From: a virus
Lineage: Duplodnaviria > Heunggongvirae > Uroviricota > Caudoviricetes
IMG/VR virus record: IMGVR_UViG_3300050190_000017
Length of the DNA stretch: 64,000 nt
Direction: 5' to 3' (one strand)
This document shows positions 35,256 through 44,506 of this stretch, one piece after another (the first letter of the stretch is position 1; the number at the start of each line of letters is the position of its first letter). Position numbers and translations under genes: made by a program. The notes beneath the pieces were generated by a model. That model worked only from the letters and a program-made list of their open reading frames with translations, did no database searches and was not told the DNA's origin.

Positions 35256-35720
35256 GTGCAAGACAATACTAATTCTGTCATTGCGACGTCGAGCTCTCCT
35301 CAGCATAAGTCAGGTGTAAGGAGCGGTTGGATCTCCGAAGTCCTATCGTTCAATGTAGGCTTTGCCTTCACCTATGTTTTTCACCTTGATGCCTCTCCGG
35401 AACCTCTTAAGGACTTGAACACCGCGAAGGAGTATATCAATCGTGAGATCACCCGCCTCATTACTCTATGCGCTACTACGCCCAGTGGCCGAGATGTGGT
35501 GTCCAACCCAGATCTTACTGAACGACACTTCGATTTGATCGACCGTGTAATAGATGTAGAGGCCGTCGGTTCACCTGTGCGTGAGTTGTACATGAACCTT
35601 TTGGACTCGCTAAAGATTCCGACCTACACGAAGTGCCTAGAGCAAGCACTTATCGATCTCGACCAGATTATCGAAACCTACCAACAAGGAGCAACCGCAG
35701 ATGGCAACCTCATCCAGTAA
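35256..35720 (+). CDS. Degenerate DUF3310-like protein
   Basis: SFNVGFAFTYVFH...KDLNTAKEYINREI. Confidence 0.45.
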   Translation: MQDNTNSVIATSSSPQHKSGVRSGWISEVLSFNVGFAFTYVFHLDASPEPLKDLNTAKEYINREITRLITLCATTPSGRDVVSNPDLTERHFDLIDRVIDVEAVGSPVRELYMNLLDSLKIPTYTKCLEQALIDLDQIIETYQQGATADGNLIQ

Positions 35721-36147
35721 GAAGACCCGAACAGCTGATGACGTTAAGCGCACCCTGAGCAGTACCAAGCTACCCCCTGATATGGCAGCGCAGGCTTTCG
35801 CAGACAAGATTAATCGGGTACCGCCCTCGATAATTACGCAGGCACCTGCTCCAGTAGCTGACGTGGCTAAAGATGAAGCACCAGTTGCCGAAGCCCTGAA
35901 GCAGCTCGACCAGCTGATAGCTACTGGTCACGGCGAACTGCTTAACCTTATGAACACGCTCGAGCCCTATCTACCGCGTTTCCTGTTTGAGGAGAACAAT
36001 GATAAGGCCGAAGCTGACACGAGTGTTTATCGTCCCACTGTAGGCTCGACCTTGTCCCCTACGCAGGTTGCGTTAAACATTTCCTTAGACAATCTTGAGC
36101 GCCTGATCGATCGTATTAAATACCTTCGCAATCAGGTCATCCTGTAA
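35701..36147 (+). CDS. Hypothetical protein
   Basis: 148 aa, AGGAG RBS. Confidence 0.75.
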   Translation: MATSSSKKTRTADDVKRTLSSTKLPPDMAAQAFADKINRVPPSIITQAPAPVADVAKDEAPVAEALKQLDQLIATGHGELLNLMNTLEPYLPRFLFEENNDKAEADTSVYRPTVGSTLSPTQVALNISLDNLERLIDRIKYLRNQVIL

Positions 36148-36161
36148 TTCAAGTTTCAAGC

Positions 36162-36202
36162 GAGCCCTGCTCTGGTCTTAAATGATCGGTGCGGGGCTCT
36201 TT
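36162..36202 (+). terminator. Intrinsic terminator
   Basis: GAGCCCTGC...GCGGGGCTC stem followed by TTT. Confidence 0.65.
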
Positions 36203-36400
36203 GCATTTCATGGGCTAAATTCATATCAGGGAAACCTTCCATTGCAGGTAGGCTACAGCGTCGTAGGCACCCTCTGGCGGGCCAAAATACAGGCTTTTGA
36301 TGAAATACCCATGAATCACGGAAAATGGTTAAAAGAGGGTCAAAAAGGCTTAAACGCTGCACAAAATTTAGGCAGATTCGTGTTATTTGCAACAAAATTG

Positions 36401-36429
36401 TTGTTTCCTGTCGAAATACGTGTTAAAAT
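36401..36429 (+). promoter_or_regulatory. sigma70-type early promoter
   Basis: TTGTTT-17 bp-TAAAAT with extended -10 TG; CAACAA/TTGTTG inverted repeat over the -35. Confidence 0.55.
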
Positions 36430-36479
36430 GAGGTGTAGAGGCACAAGATAGAAAACCGATAGAAAACGGAGAATAGAAA

Positions 36480-36794
36480 ATGTGGCTCGTCAAAGCAAAT
36501 ACAGTTATTCGCATAAATGCGCCTTTTGGCAAAATCAATGGCCCTCGCACAGTGAACAGCGGCGACTGTTCACTGACTGACACGGCACCTTGGAAGCCGT
36601 ACACCACGAAGTCCGACAAGATTTACGAGAAAGAAGATGTGTACGATTTTGTACGTGTCCACAATGACGTCTGCGGCGACGTACCAAGCTGGATTCGTCA
36701 CAACATTGAACTTAGCAAGGGTCGTGATGTTGTTATCCACTGCGACGGCAAGTACGCAATGGTGCGGCGCGACCAAATTGAATATCTCGATTAA
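36480..36794 (+). CDS. Hypothetical early protein
   Basis: 104 aa, GGAG RBS. Confidence 0.75.
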   Translation: MWLVKANTVIRINAPFGKINGPRTVNSGDCSLTDTAPWKPYTTKSDKIYEKEDVYDFVRVHNDVCGDVPSWIRHNIELSKGRDVVIHCDGKYAMVRRDQIEYLD

Positions 36795-36812
36795 CCCCCA
36801 TCGAAAAGGAAA
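36792..36812 (+). repeat. Start-associated leader repeat, copy A
   Basis: TAACCCCCATCGAAAAGGAAA identical to 37080..37100. Confidence 0.8.
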
Positions 36813-36816
36813 GATC

Positions 36817-37074
36817 ATGACAAGAACTGCCATCCAGTACGCCGAGTGGCTTATCAATCGGGCTCTTAAGAAAGGCGAGCCGCGTAAGTTAAAGCGTGCC
36901 CTTAACGCGACCCTAAAACGTCTGCGCCGTCAGGAGAATTTTGGTAACGTCACTGTGGTCCGTAACGAGATTCGCAATGTTGTCAGGAGTTGTCGCAAGT
37001 TCCGCGAGCACATGGCGAAGGTTCACCCCAGAGGTACGGCTAGTATTGTTATCTCCCAGAACGACCGCGTGTAA
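36817..37074 (+). CDS. Basic hypothetical early protein
   Basis: ATG 36817 after leader repeat; Arg/Lys-rich. Confidence 0.7.
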   Translation: MTRTAIQYAEWLINRALKKGEPRKLKRALNATLKRLRRQENFGNVTVVRNEIRNVVRSCRKFREHMAKVHPRGTASIVISQNDRV

Positions 37075-37100
37075 ACTGATAACCCCCATCGAAAAGGAAA
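37070..37100 (+). repeat. Start-associated leader repeat, copy B
   Basis: TGTAAACTGATAACCCCCATCGAAAAGGAAA. Confidence 0.8.
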
Positions 37101-37106
37101 AACATC

Positions 37107-37442
37107 ATGTCGTATAAATTTGTAAATAGTAAAAAACCTCGCGAGTACGCCAACCGCTTGAACGGAGTTAAACAAGAGCTCGCTGAGTTGCGCGAGAAGC
37201 TCAAAGCATTGAAGGCCGAGGAAGAATCGCTGACAGACTTTCTGGCGGCGAAATCAGCAAATGAAAATTTCCAGTTCAACGGCGATGAAGGGTATCTCAT
37301 GCAATTGGAATTCTCACATCGTACTCGCAAGGATATTGACGCCACGAAGGTGCAGGCGATATTTGCAAAGTTGGGTAAGGCAGTTCCGATGAAGACTTCG
37401 GAATGGGTTCAAACGAAAATCAGTTACGTCTCGGAGGAATAA
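37107..37442 (+). CDS. Hypothetical early protein with coiled coil
   Basis: 111 aa. Confidence 0.8.
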   Translation: MSYKFVNSKKPREYANRLNGVKQELAELREKLKALKAEEESLTDFLAAKSANENFQFNGDEGYLMQLEFSHRTRKDIDATKVQAIFAKLGKAVPMKTSEWVQTKISYVSEE

Positions 37443-37445
37443 GCC

Positions 37446-38123
37446 ATGCTAACTCTTGCACAGCGCGCTAAACAAAATCTTAGTCTCGCCACTTATGCTG
37501 TGGCCGATCAAACATTGCAATCTTTCGCGTGTGATCCTACCACACCGAAGGATCAATACATACTTCGCATGATGGTGAAGTCGCCGTGGTCGAAGGGATT
37601 GCAGATTCCCAAAGAACTCCACTGGCTCAGCCATACCATCGCCCGTTGTGTGTATCAGCAGAACCAGTTGTGCGTGGATCACCCATTCGTGTACGTGACT
37701 GTGCGCTCTGGTGAAGTACGGTCAGTGACAGACGATCAATGGCACGGCGATGGGTTCTCAATGCGCGTACCCCACGCACCCGAACAGAATTACATTTGGA
37801 CTGACGTTCAGCCTACCGAAGTGTTGGACCAGCGTTTTGAATTCCCGGAAGACTTCGACCCATTCAAACATAACGTACACACGTTCTTCCAAGACCGTGC
37901 TGGGGAACAAAACATACGGGTGCTCAAACCCAAACGTCTGTATCAGATTGATCCGTACATCGTACATCGTCGGCCACCTGTAACAGCAGGGACACAGCGC
38001 ACGTTCTTTCGTATCTCATTCGTCCCTGTGGAAATTGAAGACGACACGTGTACACAGAACCCGCTGTTGCCGGTCAAGCACTACGGTCGCCCGGATATAC
38101 GCGATACACTAATCAGCTACTAA
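37446..38123 (+). CDS. 2OG-Fe(II) oxygenase-like protein
   Basis: WHGDG (HxD), distal HRRP, RTFFRISF. Confidence 0.6.
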   Translation: MLTLAQRAKQNLSLATYAVADQTLQSFACDPTTPKDQYILRMMVKSPWSKGLQIPKELHWLSHTIARCVYQQNQLCVDHPFVYVTVRSGEVRSVTDDQWHGDGFSMRVPHAPEQNYIWTDVQPTEVLDQRFEFPEDFDPFKHNVHTFFQDRAGEQNIRVLKPKRLYQIDPYIVHRRPPVTAGTQRTFFRISFVPVEIEDDTCTQNPLLPVKHYGRPDIRDTLISY

Positions 38124-38134
38124 GGAATAAGAAA

Positions 38135-38479
38135 ATGAAGACCAAGATTCTTACTGAAATGATGGACCTCATCCGGGTTCTCGAAAGCGAGAAGGGTGTG
38201 TTGCATGAACCTGCGCCGGGTGCGCACTATTGTGAAATCACGTATCCGGATGAGGAGTACGTAGCGTATGAGTGCCCCACCGTATTCTACTCAAGGTTAG
38301 CCTCTGCATCAAACGCTGCGACCGCACATGGTGAAGTCGCACGGTTTACTCGGGTGTACCTTCTAGAGCCTGGGTGTGCCGGTGGTTGGTCGATTGTATG
38401 CAAGACTAACCGCGAAGCCCTGCTGTATCAGATTGAGGCGCCAAAGCTAGTTCCCCTAGCCTACACAGACGAGGAATAA
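38135..38479 (+). CDS. Hypothetical protein
   Basis: ATG 38135 with AAGGA RBS. Confidence 0.7.
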   Translation: MKTKILTEMMDLIRVLESEKGVLHEPAPGAHYCEITYPDEEYVAYECPTVFYSRLASASNAATAHGEVARFTRVYLLEPGCAGGWSIVCKTNREALLYQIEAPKLVPLAYTDEE

Positions 38480-38593
38480 CATGATTGACAGGTGGGAGCG
38501 TCCGTGGCTTCCATTGGAAGAGGAAATCATCGACGATCACTCAGTGGACGAAGAGTTAGCAGATCGTCCACGCCGCAAGAAAATCTAAGGAAT

Positions 38594-38750
38594 AAGAAAA
38601 TGTCAGAACCTGTGTTCCCCTGGGATTTTGAAGATGACACTCAGGAGTGGCTCGAAGACGAAGACGTACCGGACGAGGAGCAAGAAAATGTCAGAACCTA
38701 TGTTCACCTATGTTCCCTTGGGATTTTGAAAATGTCAGAACCTATGTTCC
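38594..38750 (+). repeat. Triplicated translation-start segment
   Basis: GAAAATGTCAGAACCTRTGTTC at about 38596, 38684 and 38728. Confidence 0.85.
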
Positions 38751-38911
38751 ATCCAATTCGCAACCCCGCAATCAGCCACTCCCGTGTGACGTGGTGGCTG
38801 TATCACCAACATGACGCCAAGCCTGGAACCTATGTGATGGACGACTTCGGTTCACTCATTCAGGTTGACCCTTACCGAGTTGCTCCACTATTCTACCGGG
38901 AGAAAATATGA
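38600..38911 (+). CDS. Hypothetical protein
   Basis: ATG 38600 with AAGGA RBS. Confidence 0.65.
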   Translation: MSEPVFPWDFEDDTQEWLEDEDVPDEEQENVRTYVHLCSLGILKMSEPMFHPIRNPAISHSRVTWWLYHQHDAKPGTYVMDDFGSLIQVDPYRVAPLFYREKI

Positions 38912-39042
38912 GCGATCTTGCTGTTGGAATAGCACTCTTCGGGTGCTTATTCGCACCGCTAGTGGCAGCAGCCACTCTATTGCATTCCGCGTACGTCTGG
39001 GTACGAGACAAGCTGACACCGGATTGGCGTCAGATCAAGTAA
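38908..39042 (+). CDS. 44-aa membrane peptide
   Basis: Hydrophobic N-terminus, coupled. Confidence 0.5.
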   Translation: MSDLAVGIALFGCLFAPLVAAATLLHSAYVWVRDKLTPDWRQIK

Positions 39043-39054
39043 CCAGGGGTAAGT

Positions 39055-39471
39055 ATGAACATGGTAGAACAATCAATATGCCGCCACTGTGGCGTGGCAA
39101 TTACCCACTGTCACGGTAGGATATGGCGCGATGACTGCCTTATCTTCGCACAGTACTGCCGTACGACCCCTGAGAACCAAGGCTCGCAATTACACGAGCC
39201 TACTCCCCTTACCGACCAAGGAGTGAGCATGACAATCGAAGACAAGAAAGTAAACGCGGCGGCCGTGTGGCCCTTCCCTACGCCTAGGCAAGACTTCACG
39301 AACAGTGAAGTCGATGATGACGATGAAGAGGACTACGGCGAGTACGACGAAGAGGAAGACGAGGACGAAGAGGATATGTTCGGCGGTGGCCCATTCACCG
39401 ACAAAGAGATTGAAGAGCGGGCAAAGGCTGATCCCGATGCCCCTCCCGCCAAGTGGCGTTTCCCTGGGTAA
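39055..39471 (+). CDS. Hypothetical protein (CxxC N-terminus, acidic C-terminus)
   Basis: Possible internal start at 39229 with AGGAG RBS. Confidence 0.65.
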   Translation: MNMVEQSICRHCGVAITHCHGRIWRDDCLIFAQYCRTTPENQGSQLHEPTPLTDQGVSMTIEDKKVNAAAVWPFPTPRQDFTNSEVDDDDEEDYGEYDEEEDEDEEDMFGGGPFTDKEIEERAKADPDAPPAKWRFPG

Positions 39472-39515
39472 ATAACCCCGTACACTGGGCTTGTAGCTTC
39501 ACTGAGGATTAACAT

Positions 39516-39620
39516 ATGACAGTAGCATTCATTTTAGTTGGCATCACCATTTGCGTGATCGCCGTTGCCTATGTAGTAATTAAAGATTTAGCTGAGGCAC
39601 GTAGTGACTATAACGATTGA
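39516..39620 (+). CDS. 34-aa membrane peptide
   Basis: GAGGA RBS, TM helix. Confidence 0.5.
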   Translation: MTVAFILVGITICVIAVAYVVIKDLAEARSDYND

Positions 39621-39713
39621 CCCACACATTCTCATCGCGGTGCTGAAACGAAAAGCTGTGTGCATCGTAGACGCTCAGGGCACACCGATCGACTTCTACA
39701 ACAAGGATAAATC

Positions 39714-40292
39714 ATGGAAATAACCTCTGCACCGTATCTCCTAGACCCAACCCACTTCAACCTCAAGGACCCTGAGTCTAACAAGCGTAGGCTTCAGGAC
39801 TTCTACGACAAATACCCGAACAAGAAGATTGGGTTGCACCGTGAACTACCACTCATCGAGTTTACCGTATCGGAAAAAGAATCGTACATTGTACTGGTGC
39901 ATCCTACATCAGCGATTCTATATTTGGTGCATCTCAAAGCGGAGAAGCTCCCGCAGCTAACTTCTAGTAGCATAACTCAAGTTGAAGTTTGGCGTAGGCT
40001 GGGCGCCCCACAAGCTCGTGGACTGGCAAAGTTTGTGGTGTTCAGTATTCTTCTCCATCGCTATAAATACATTGTGTCGGACAAGTCACAAACAGAACGC
40101 GGCCGGGATTTCTGGATAGACCTACTTGGTGACGCTGCTAGTCTAGGCCACAAGGTTGGAGTTACTATTGACGATGATCCAGTAGAGTGGAAGGGTGACA
40201 CATCCTACGTGCAATGGATGCGACTTGTCGAGACGGAGTCATGGGGTACGGGAAATAAACACTTCTACACTCGTTTCGTTATAGCAGCCTAG
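39714..40292 (+). CDS. GNAT-fold-like protein, paralog 1
   Basis: TQVEVW...RGLA...IVSDKSQTERGRDFW. Confidence 0.55.
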   Translation: MEITSAPYLLDPTHFNLKDPESNKRRLQDFYDKYPNKKIGLHRELPLIEFTVSEKESYIVLVHPTSAILYLVHLKAEKLPQLTSSSITQVEVWRRLGAPQARGLAKFVVFSILLHRYKYIVSDKSQTERGRDFWIDLLGDAASLGHKVGVTIDDDPVEWKGDTSYVQWMRLVETESWGTGNKHFYTRFVIAA

Positions 40293-40301
40293 GAGCAAAC
40301 A

Positions 40302-40478
40302 ATGAGAAAGCCACTAGCAGGGAAGCGTTACTTCGAGGCGTTAGGTCGCCGGGCTCAATCTAAGGATCTTAGGCGATCGGTAGGGGACTGGCCGTTTTGG
40401 GCAATATCTGCGTATCTAACAGGCAATAGCCTCCAGAAACCCTGGCGCAAAGACTTGCACTACGGAGAAAAGAAATGA
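40302..40478 (+). CDS. 58-aa hypothetical protein
   Basis: AGGAG RBS, hand-translated. Confidence 0.55.
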   Translation: MRKPLAGKRYFEALGRRAQSKDLRRSVGDWPFWAISAYLTGNSLQKPWRKDLHYGEKK

Positions 40479-40633
40479 ACGAGGAATGGGTTGAACGTTG
40501 TATGCAGCTGGCTCACGATTGGGCTGTGGCTTCGTACCTAAAAGCATTAGGTAAGCCCTTCGCAGACTTTGGACAGATTCAACGTGAGTTACGCAAGGAA
40601 CTCCGCAAAGCAGTTGAGCAGAAACAACCGTAA
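40475..40633 (+). CDS. 52-aa hypothetical protein
   Basis: ATGA coupling. Confidence 0.55.
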   Translation: MNEEWVERCMQLAHDWAVASYLKALGKPFADFGQIQRELRKELRKAVEQKQP

Positions 40634-40673
40634 ATAGTAACTGATATATCCCCTAACGAAAAGGAACGAACAA

Positions 40674-41606
40674 ATGAGCAACCGCAACCACTGGTCAAAC
40701 GAGCAGAAGAATAGTGTAGCACGTCGTAGCTTTGAACTCCGCAACGATCCCCAGAACGTAGAAGTGTCCGACCTTCATTGCGTGCGGCAAGCATAGGACG
40801 AATTGATTCCTATTGAAGAGCATCGAGTTCTCAACTCCACGCAGAAGATTGAATGGATACGTCCCTACTGGGTTGAGCTGATGACTGAGTTTCGTGCTCA
40901 TGCTGTCCATAACACGTTGGGTCGTATGGCTAACGGCACGGCGGGGGTCGAGCCTGCTCCCAAACCGGAGACGGTAGTGGCTATTACTAGTCTAGGTGCT
41001 GTAACGATCAATGAGGACGCACCTAGGCCTCAGCGGAAGCGCAGTACAAGCGCACTCAAAGTAGTATCTGTAGAGGCACGGCACCCTCAAGCAATCAAGC
41101 CAGTGTTCAACCCCGAGGTGGAGAAGGCAGCAGCACCTGTTCCCAAGTTATCTGAATTCCCCTTGGCTGATCTGTGGGCAGAGTTAGGTCGCCGCATTGA
41201 AGAAGCCACTAGTGCCGATCGCTTGCAATCGCTAATACGCCAAGAAGTTAATGCAGTGTTGGATCGTCGCCTCCCTGGTATCCTGGCCCCGGACGTTGAA
41301 CCCGTGGAGGAAGCAGTGGTTACGGCCGAAGTCTTCAAACTCAAGATATGTGTTATCGGATTGCTAAATGGTCAGAAGGATTTGATTACTCAAGAGTATA
41401 AGGACCGTGTGGACTTCCTATTCATGGAGCAGACTCCTGGTCTACACAAGATACAGCAGACCGCTAACCATTATCACTTTGTGGTGCAAATGATTAAATA
41501 CTCGAACCACGTCAAAGGCACAAACAAGATTGATAACTTTGTAACCCTCGGCGGACTGTTGACGCAGCTCCGCGCATTCATCGAACGTAAGCTAACCAAG
41601 GAATAA
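40674..41606 (+). pseudogene. 310-codon gene interrupted by one in-frame TAG at 40794..40796
   Basis: Strong leader and RBS before ATG 40674; frame continues RQA-TAG-DELIPIEEH into ORF 40803..41606. Confidence 0.65.
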
Positions 41607-41610
41607 TAGA

Positions 41611-42243
41611 ATGGAACTCGAAAAGAAACGCAAGGTAGTAGGCCCGACGATAGATCAACGGCCGGAGCATAAAGCAAAGAAGCTAACGACACTTAAGCCC
41701 TGGCCACCGAGCCGTGAGATTTTCATACAAGGGACTGCGGAGGGCGAAGGGATAGATGACTACATGCCCAAAGAGGCATCTCTTGAATCGCTTGGTACTG
41801 AGGACGAGCCATTTAACCCGAGGAAAACCAAAGACCGAGATGCGGAAGCAGCGCACCTACGGGATAACAAAGCTCGCCTGTTCGATATTCTCACCCATGC
41901 AATACTAGCTGGCGAGCACTACTCCACTACGGTGACGTGGCGGTTCGATCCGGAGATGGAGTTCAGGGGACGCACCGGTGATCTCAAGTTGCCAGGTCTC
42001 GCCATTGTTATCCACATACGCCACCCACACGCCAAAGGCCCGCTTGAATTCTACGTGCGTGTAGATAGTCCTGACTGGGAGTTCGATGAACTAGAAGCCG
42101 AACTCAATAAGTTGAAACAGGAGCACGAGGAAGAGAAGATTAAGGAAGAGGCACGCAATATCATACTGAGTCGCCTGACTGCAGTAGAACGAGAGCTCCT
42201 AGGTTTCGCCAACTGGAAGAATACCACCAAGGAAAGCAAATGA
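41611..42243 (+). CDS. Hypothetical protein
   Basis: 210 aa, AAGGA RBS. Confidence 0.75.
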   Translation: MELEKKRKVVGPTIDQRPEHKAKKLTTLKPWPPSREIFIQGTAEGEGIDDYMPKEASLESLGTEDEPFNPRKTKDRDAEAAHLRDNKARLFDILTHAILAGEHYSTTVTWRFDPEMEFRGRTGDLKLPGLAIVIHIRHPHAKGPLEFYVRVDSPDWEFDELEAELNKLKQEHEEEKIKEEARNIILSRLTAVERELLGFANWKNTTKESK

Positions 42244-42440
42244 AACTACATGATCGTACACGTATGGTAGCCATCGCCCAGTGTGATATTGAGCTGGGAA
42301 TATTGAAAATTGCAGATGCAAATGAGCTGACGTGTGGTGAACTTATGTCGATCTTGGGTAGAGTCCTTACTAATTTTGCTAAATATCAGATTCGAGAAGA
42401 GCGTCATGGCGACGCATCAAAGAAAGGAGATGAAGCATGA
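42240..42440 (+). CDS. Hypothetical protein
   Basis: 66 aa, coupled. Confidence 0.65.
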   Translation: MKLHDRTRMVAIAQCDIELGILKIADANELTCGELMSILGRVLTNFAKYQIREERHGDASKKGDEA

Positions 42441-42886
42441 ACGATACTAAAGAAGGCATTGAAGAGCGGGTTAAGAAAGTTATCGAGTTCCAACTCGGTA
42501 CCTCCCGTCTTGAGATAAAGAACGACGCTAGGATCATCGATGACTTAGGGGCTGATAGTCTGGACTGTGCTGAACTCATCATGGCTCTCGAAGATGAATT
42601 CAACATAGAGGTTAGCGATGAGGAGGCCGAACAGTGCTCTACTGTGCAATCGATTATCAACACAATCGCAAACAGCTCCTGGGTAATAAAACCTAGGCCC
42701 ACAGAGGCAATTGCCTCTGTGGTTAAAGTTCCTTCTGTAGAAGAGGAGGTGGAAAGCATAATGCTACAGGCTTACTTCTTCGCCGTAGGCTACGAGGCTG
42801 CCGCACGCGATCCGGAAGCACACAGCAAGTCACATAAAGAATTTAAAGATCGTATTCGCACCCTTGTGGAGGCCAGCAGAAAATGA
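42437..42886 (+). CDS. acpP: Acyl carrier protein with C-terminal extension
   Basis: IEERVKKVI...DDLGADSLD (Ser41)...[24 protein letters not shown]. Confidence 0.9.
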   Translation: MNDTKEGIEERVKKVIEFQLGTSRLEIKNDARIIDDLGADSLDCAELIMALEDEFNIEVSDEEAEQCSTVQSIINTIANSSWVIKPRPTEAIASVVKVPSVEEEVESIMLQAYFFAVGYEAAARDPEAHSKSHKEFKDRIRTLVEASRK

Positions 42887-43458
42887 AACTAATCGACGCA
42901 CTACGCAATGTAGACCGCAGTGATTCCCAGTACGCAGACGGTGAGGAGCTTGCCCGAGAGCTAGGCTTGCCGCCTGACCTCTATTACCACGACCTGCCAA
43001 AGGACTTCGATGACCGTGTTAAGGCTTACTATGTAATCAAGTGGAATTGCACTGATACGTGGGTTGGCCTCATGGCAATCTACTTCGATGACCGCCTAGC
43101 AGGTTACTCGTGGCAAACAGCCCGCAAGAGTGATACCGAGTATGAGTTCGTTAGTGAAGAGCTTGCGCTTGAATTGCGGTCCTACCTGGAAAGCACCCGA
43201 CCAAAGCCTAAATTCAGTATCATTGATCCTGAGGAGGAGCAGGACGACTACTATACAGTAGCCTATGGTTCGCAGCTACTGGCAGATAAGGGATTCTACA
43301 ACGGAGAACCCGTTGAGGTAGTCAAGAAGTTCGACCGCGACTTGTATAATAACTGGAAGAACGTTGAGGTTAAGAACGCAGCAGGGGCAGTGGTGATGAT
43401 TCCCCTGAGTGAGTTTCAGATTCCACTGCATCTGAATCCTGAATTGAAGACTGAGTAA
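42883..43458 (+). CDS. Hypothetical protein
   Basis: 191 aa, coupled. Confidence 0.8.
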   Translation: MKLIDALRNVDRSDSQYADGEELARELGLPPDLYYHDLPKDFDDRVKAYYVIKWNCTDTWVGLMAIYFDDRLAGYSWQTARKSDTEYEFVSEELALELRSYLESTRPKPKFSIIDPEEEQDDYYTVAYGSQLLADKGFYNGEPVEVVKKFDRDLYNNWKNVEVKNAAGAVVMIPLSEFQIPLHLNPELKTE

Positions 43459-43464
43459 CAAATG

Positions 43465-43507
43465 GAAGAGGGCCACCTAAGCTAATAAAAGTTAGGTGGC
43501 CCTCTTC
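43465..43507. terminator. Bidirectional terminator between convergent genes
   Basis: Perfect 16-bp stem GAAGAGGGCCACCTAA/TTAGGTGGCCCTCTTC. Confidence 0.85.
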
Positions 43508-43512
43508 TGCTT

Positions 43513-43722
43513 TCAACAACGACAACCTCTACCCCATCCACTTGCTGCAAGGTAGGGTCCATATGGTGCAAGGTACCCACCAAGGAACGGCCCAGGGAAG
43601 AACGACCGACGCACATACGGAGTGGGGAACGCTAATCCATTGAAACCAAAACCGAACGGGGAGCCAAAGCCTCCTACGAACGGGCCACCAAAGCCACCGA
43701 AACCAAATCCGTACGGGTACAT
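43513..43722 (-). CDS. Gly/Phe/Pro-rich low-complexity peptide
   Basis: GFGFGGFGGPF repeats, ends GCRC; GGAGG RBS. Confidence 0.7.
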   Translation of the reverse strand: MYPYGFGFGGFGGPFVGGFGSPFGFGFNGLAFPTPYVRRSFFPGPFLGGYLAPYGPYLAASGWGRGCRC

Positions 43723-43723
43723 A

Positions 43724-43924
43724 TTACCTCCTGATCGCTCCGTCTATAATCCACACCTGTGGACGGGGAGCACTACTACGCCCTAGCAAGTAGGCAACGG
43801 CAAGTAAGGCCAACCCATTACCTTCAAGGAAGCTAGGACTCCGATTGGTGCAACACTGATGTTGCTGAATCAAGTTCTCAAGTTGGTTAGGTTCTGGTGT
43901 TGGGGGCACCCAGGGCCTTCTCAT
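43724..43924 (-). CDS. 66-aa protein with hydrophobic helix
   Basis: GGAGG RBS; QCC and LALLAVAYLLG. Confidence 0.7.
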   Translation of the reverse strand: MRRPWVPPTPEPNQLENLIQQHQCCTNRSPSFLEGNGLALLAVAYLLGRSSAPRPQVWIIDGAIRR

Positions 43925-43943
43925 AGTTTCCTCCCACTATCTT

Positions 43944-43972
43944 AAAAAGAGAAAGGGCAATGCTTCTGCCCT
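43944..43972 (-). terminator. Internal intrinsic terminator or attenuator
   Basis: AGGGCA-7 nt-TGCCCT followed by TTCTCTTTTT. Confidence 0.6.
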
Positions 43973-43979
43973 GTCCTCC

Positions 43980-44135
43980 TCAGACTATTGATACGTTCAA
44001 CGTTATGGGTTGTGCGTAGGTCGAGCCCCCAACACACTCCACAACCTCTTTTACAAACTCTTTTACAAACTCTTCTACCAGGTGTACCACATCCTCGATA
44101 ATATCTTCTACCTGGTGTACTAGTGGCCCTGGCAT
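43980..44135 (-). CDS. 51-aa acidic amphipathic peptide
   Basis: Hand-translated MPGPLVHQVEDIIEDVVHLVEEFVKEFVKEVVECVGGSTYAQPITLNVSIV; 12-bp tandem repeat 44046..44069. Confidence 0.6.
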   Translation of the reverse strand: MPGPLVHQVEDIIEDVVHLVEEFVKEFVKEVVECVGGSTYAQPITLNVSIV

Positions 44136-44136
44136 A

Positions 44137-44448
44137 TCACGTCACCACGATGGCGATAGGGGATACCGGTTGGTTGAACAACAGATCAGATACGTCAAAC
44201 GGCTGGGGTACTGCTATACCCAGAGGTGCCCCTGTAGAGTCCAGCGCTGTGACACTCGCGATGTACGATCCATCTTCGATACCGGTAAACGTATAAGTCA
44301 GCAGAGGAGCAGGTACGTTAGCGGTGGCCACTACAACTGGCGTAGCGTCCGTACTAAGAATCTGCATTAGCAGCATAGCACCATCTGCTACACCAGCTGG
44401 GAGTACAGCAGGAGCGGTTGTTACGGTGAAGGTTACATTACGTGCCAT
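44137..44448 (-). CDS. Small beta-sandwich (Ig/Fn3-like) protein
   Basis: ATG 44448 with AGGA RBS; YTFTGIEDGSYIASVTALD. Confidence 0.65.
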   Translation of the reverse strand: MARNVTFTVTTAPAVLPAGVADGAMLLMQILSTDATPVVVATANVPAPLLTYTFTGIEDGSYIASVTALDSTGAPLGIAVPQPFDVSDLLFNQPVSPIAIVVT

Positions 44449-44506
44449 TTGTGAAATTCCTAGAAAGTATTTATCGATCAGGAAGGCTAGGTATTTCGAT
44501 AGACGT

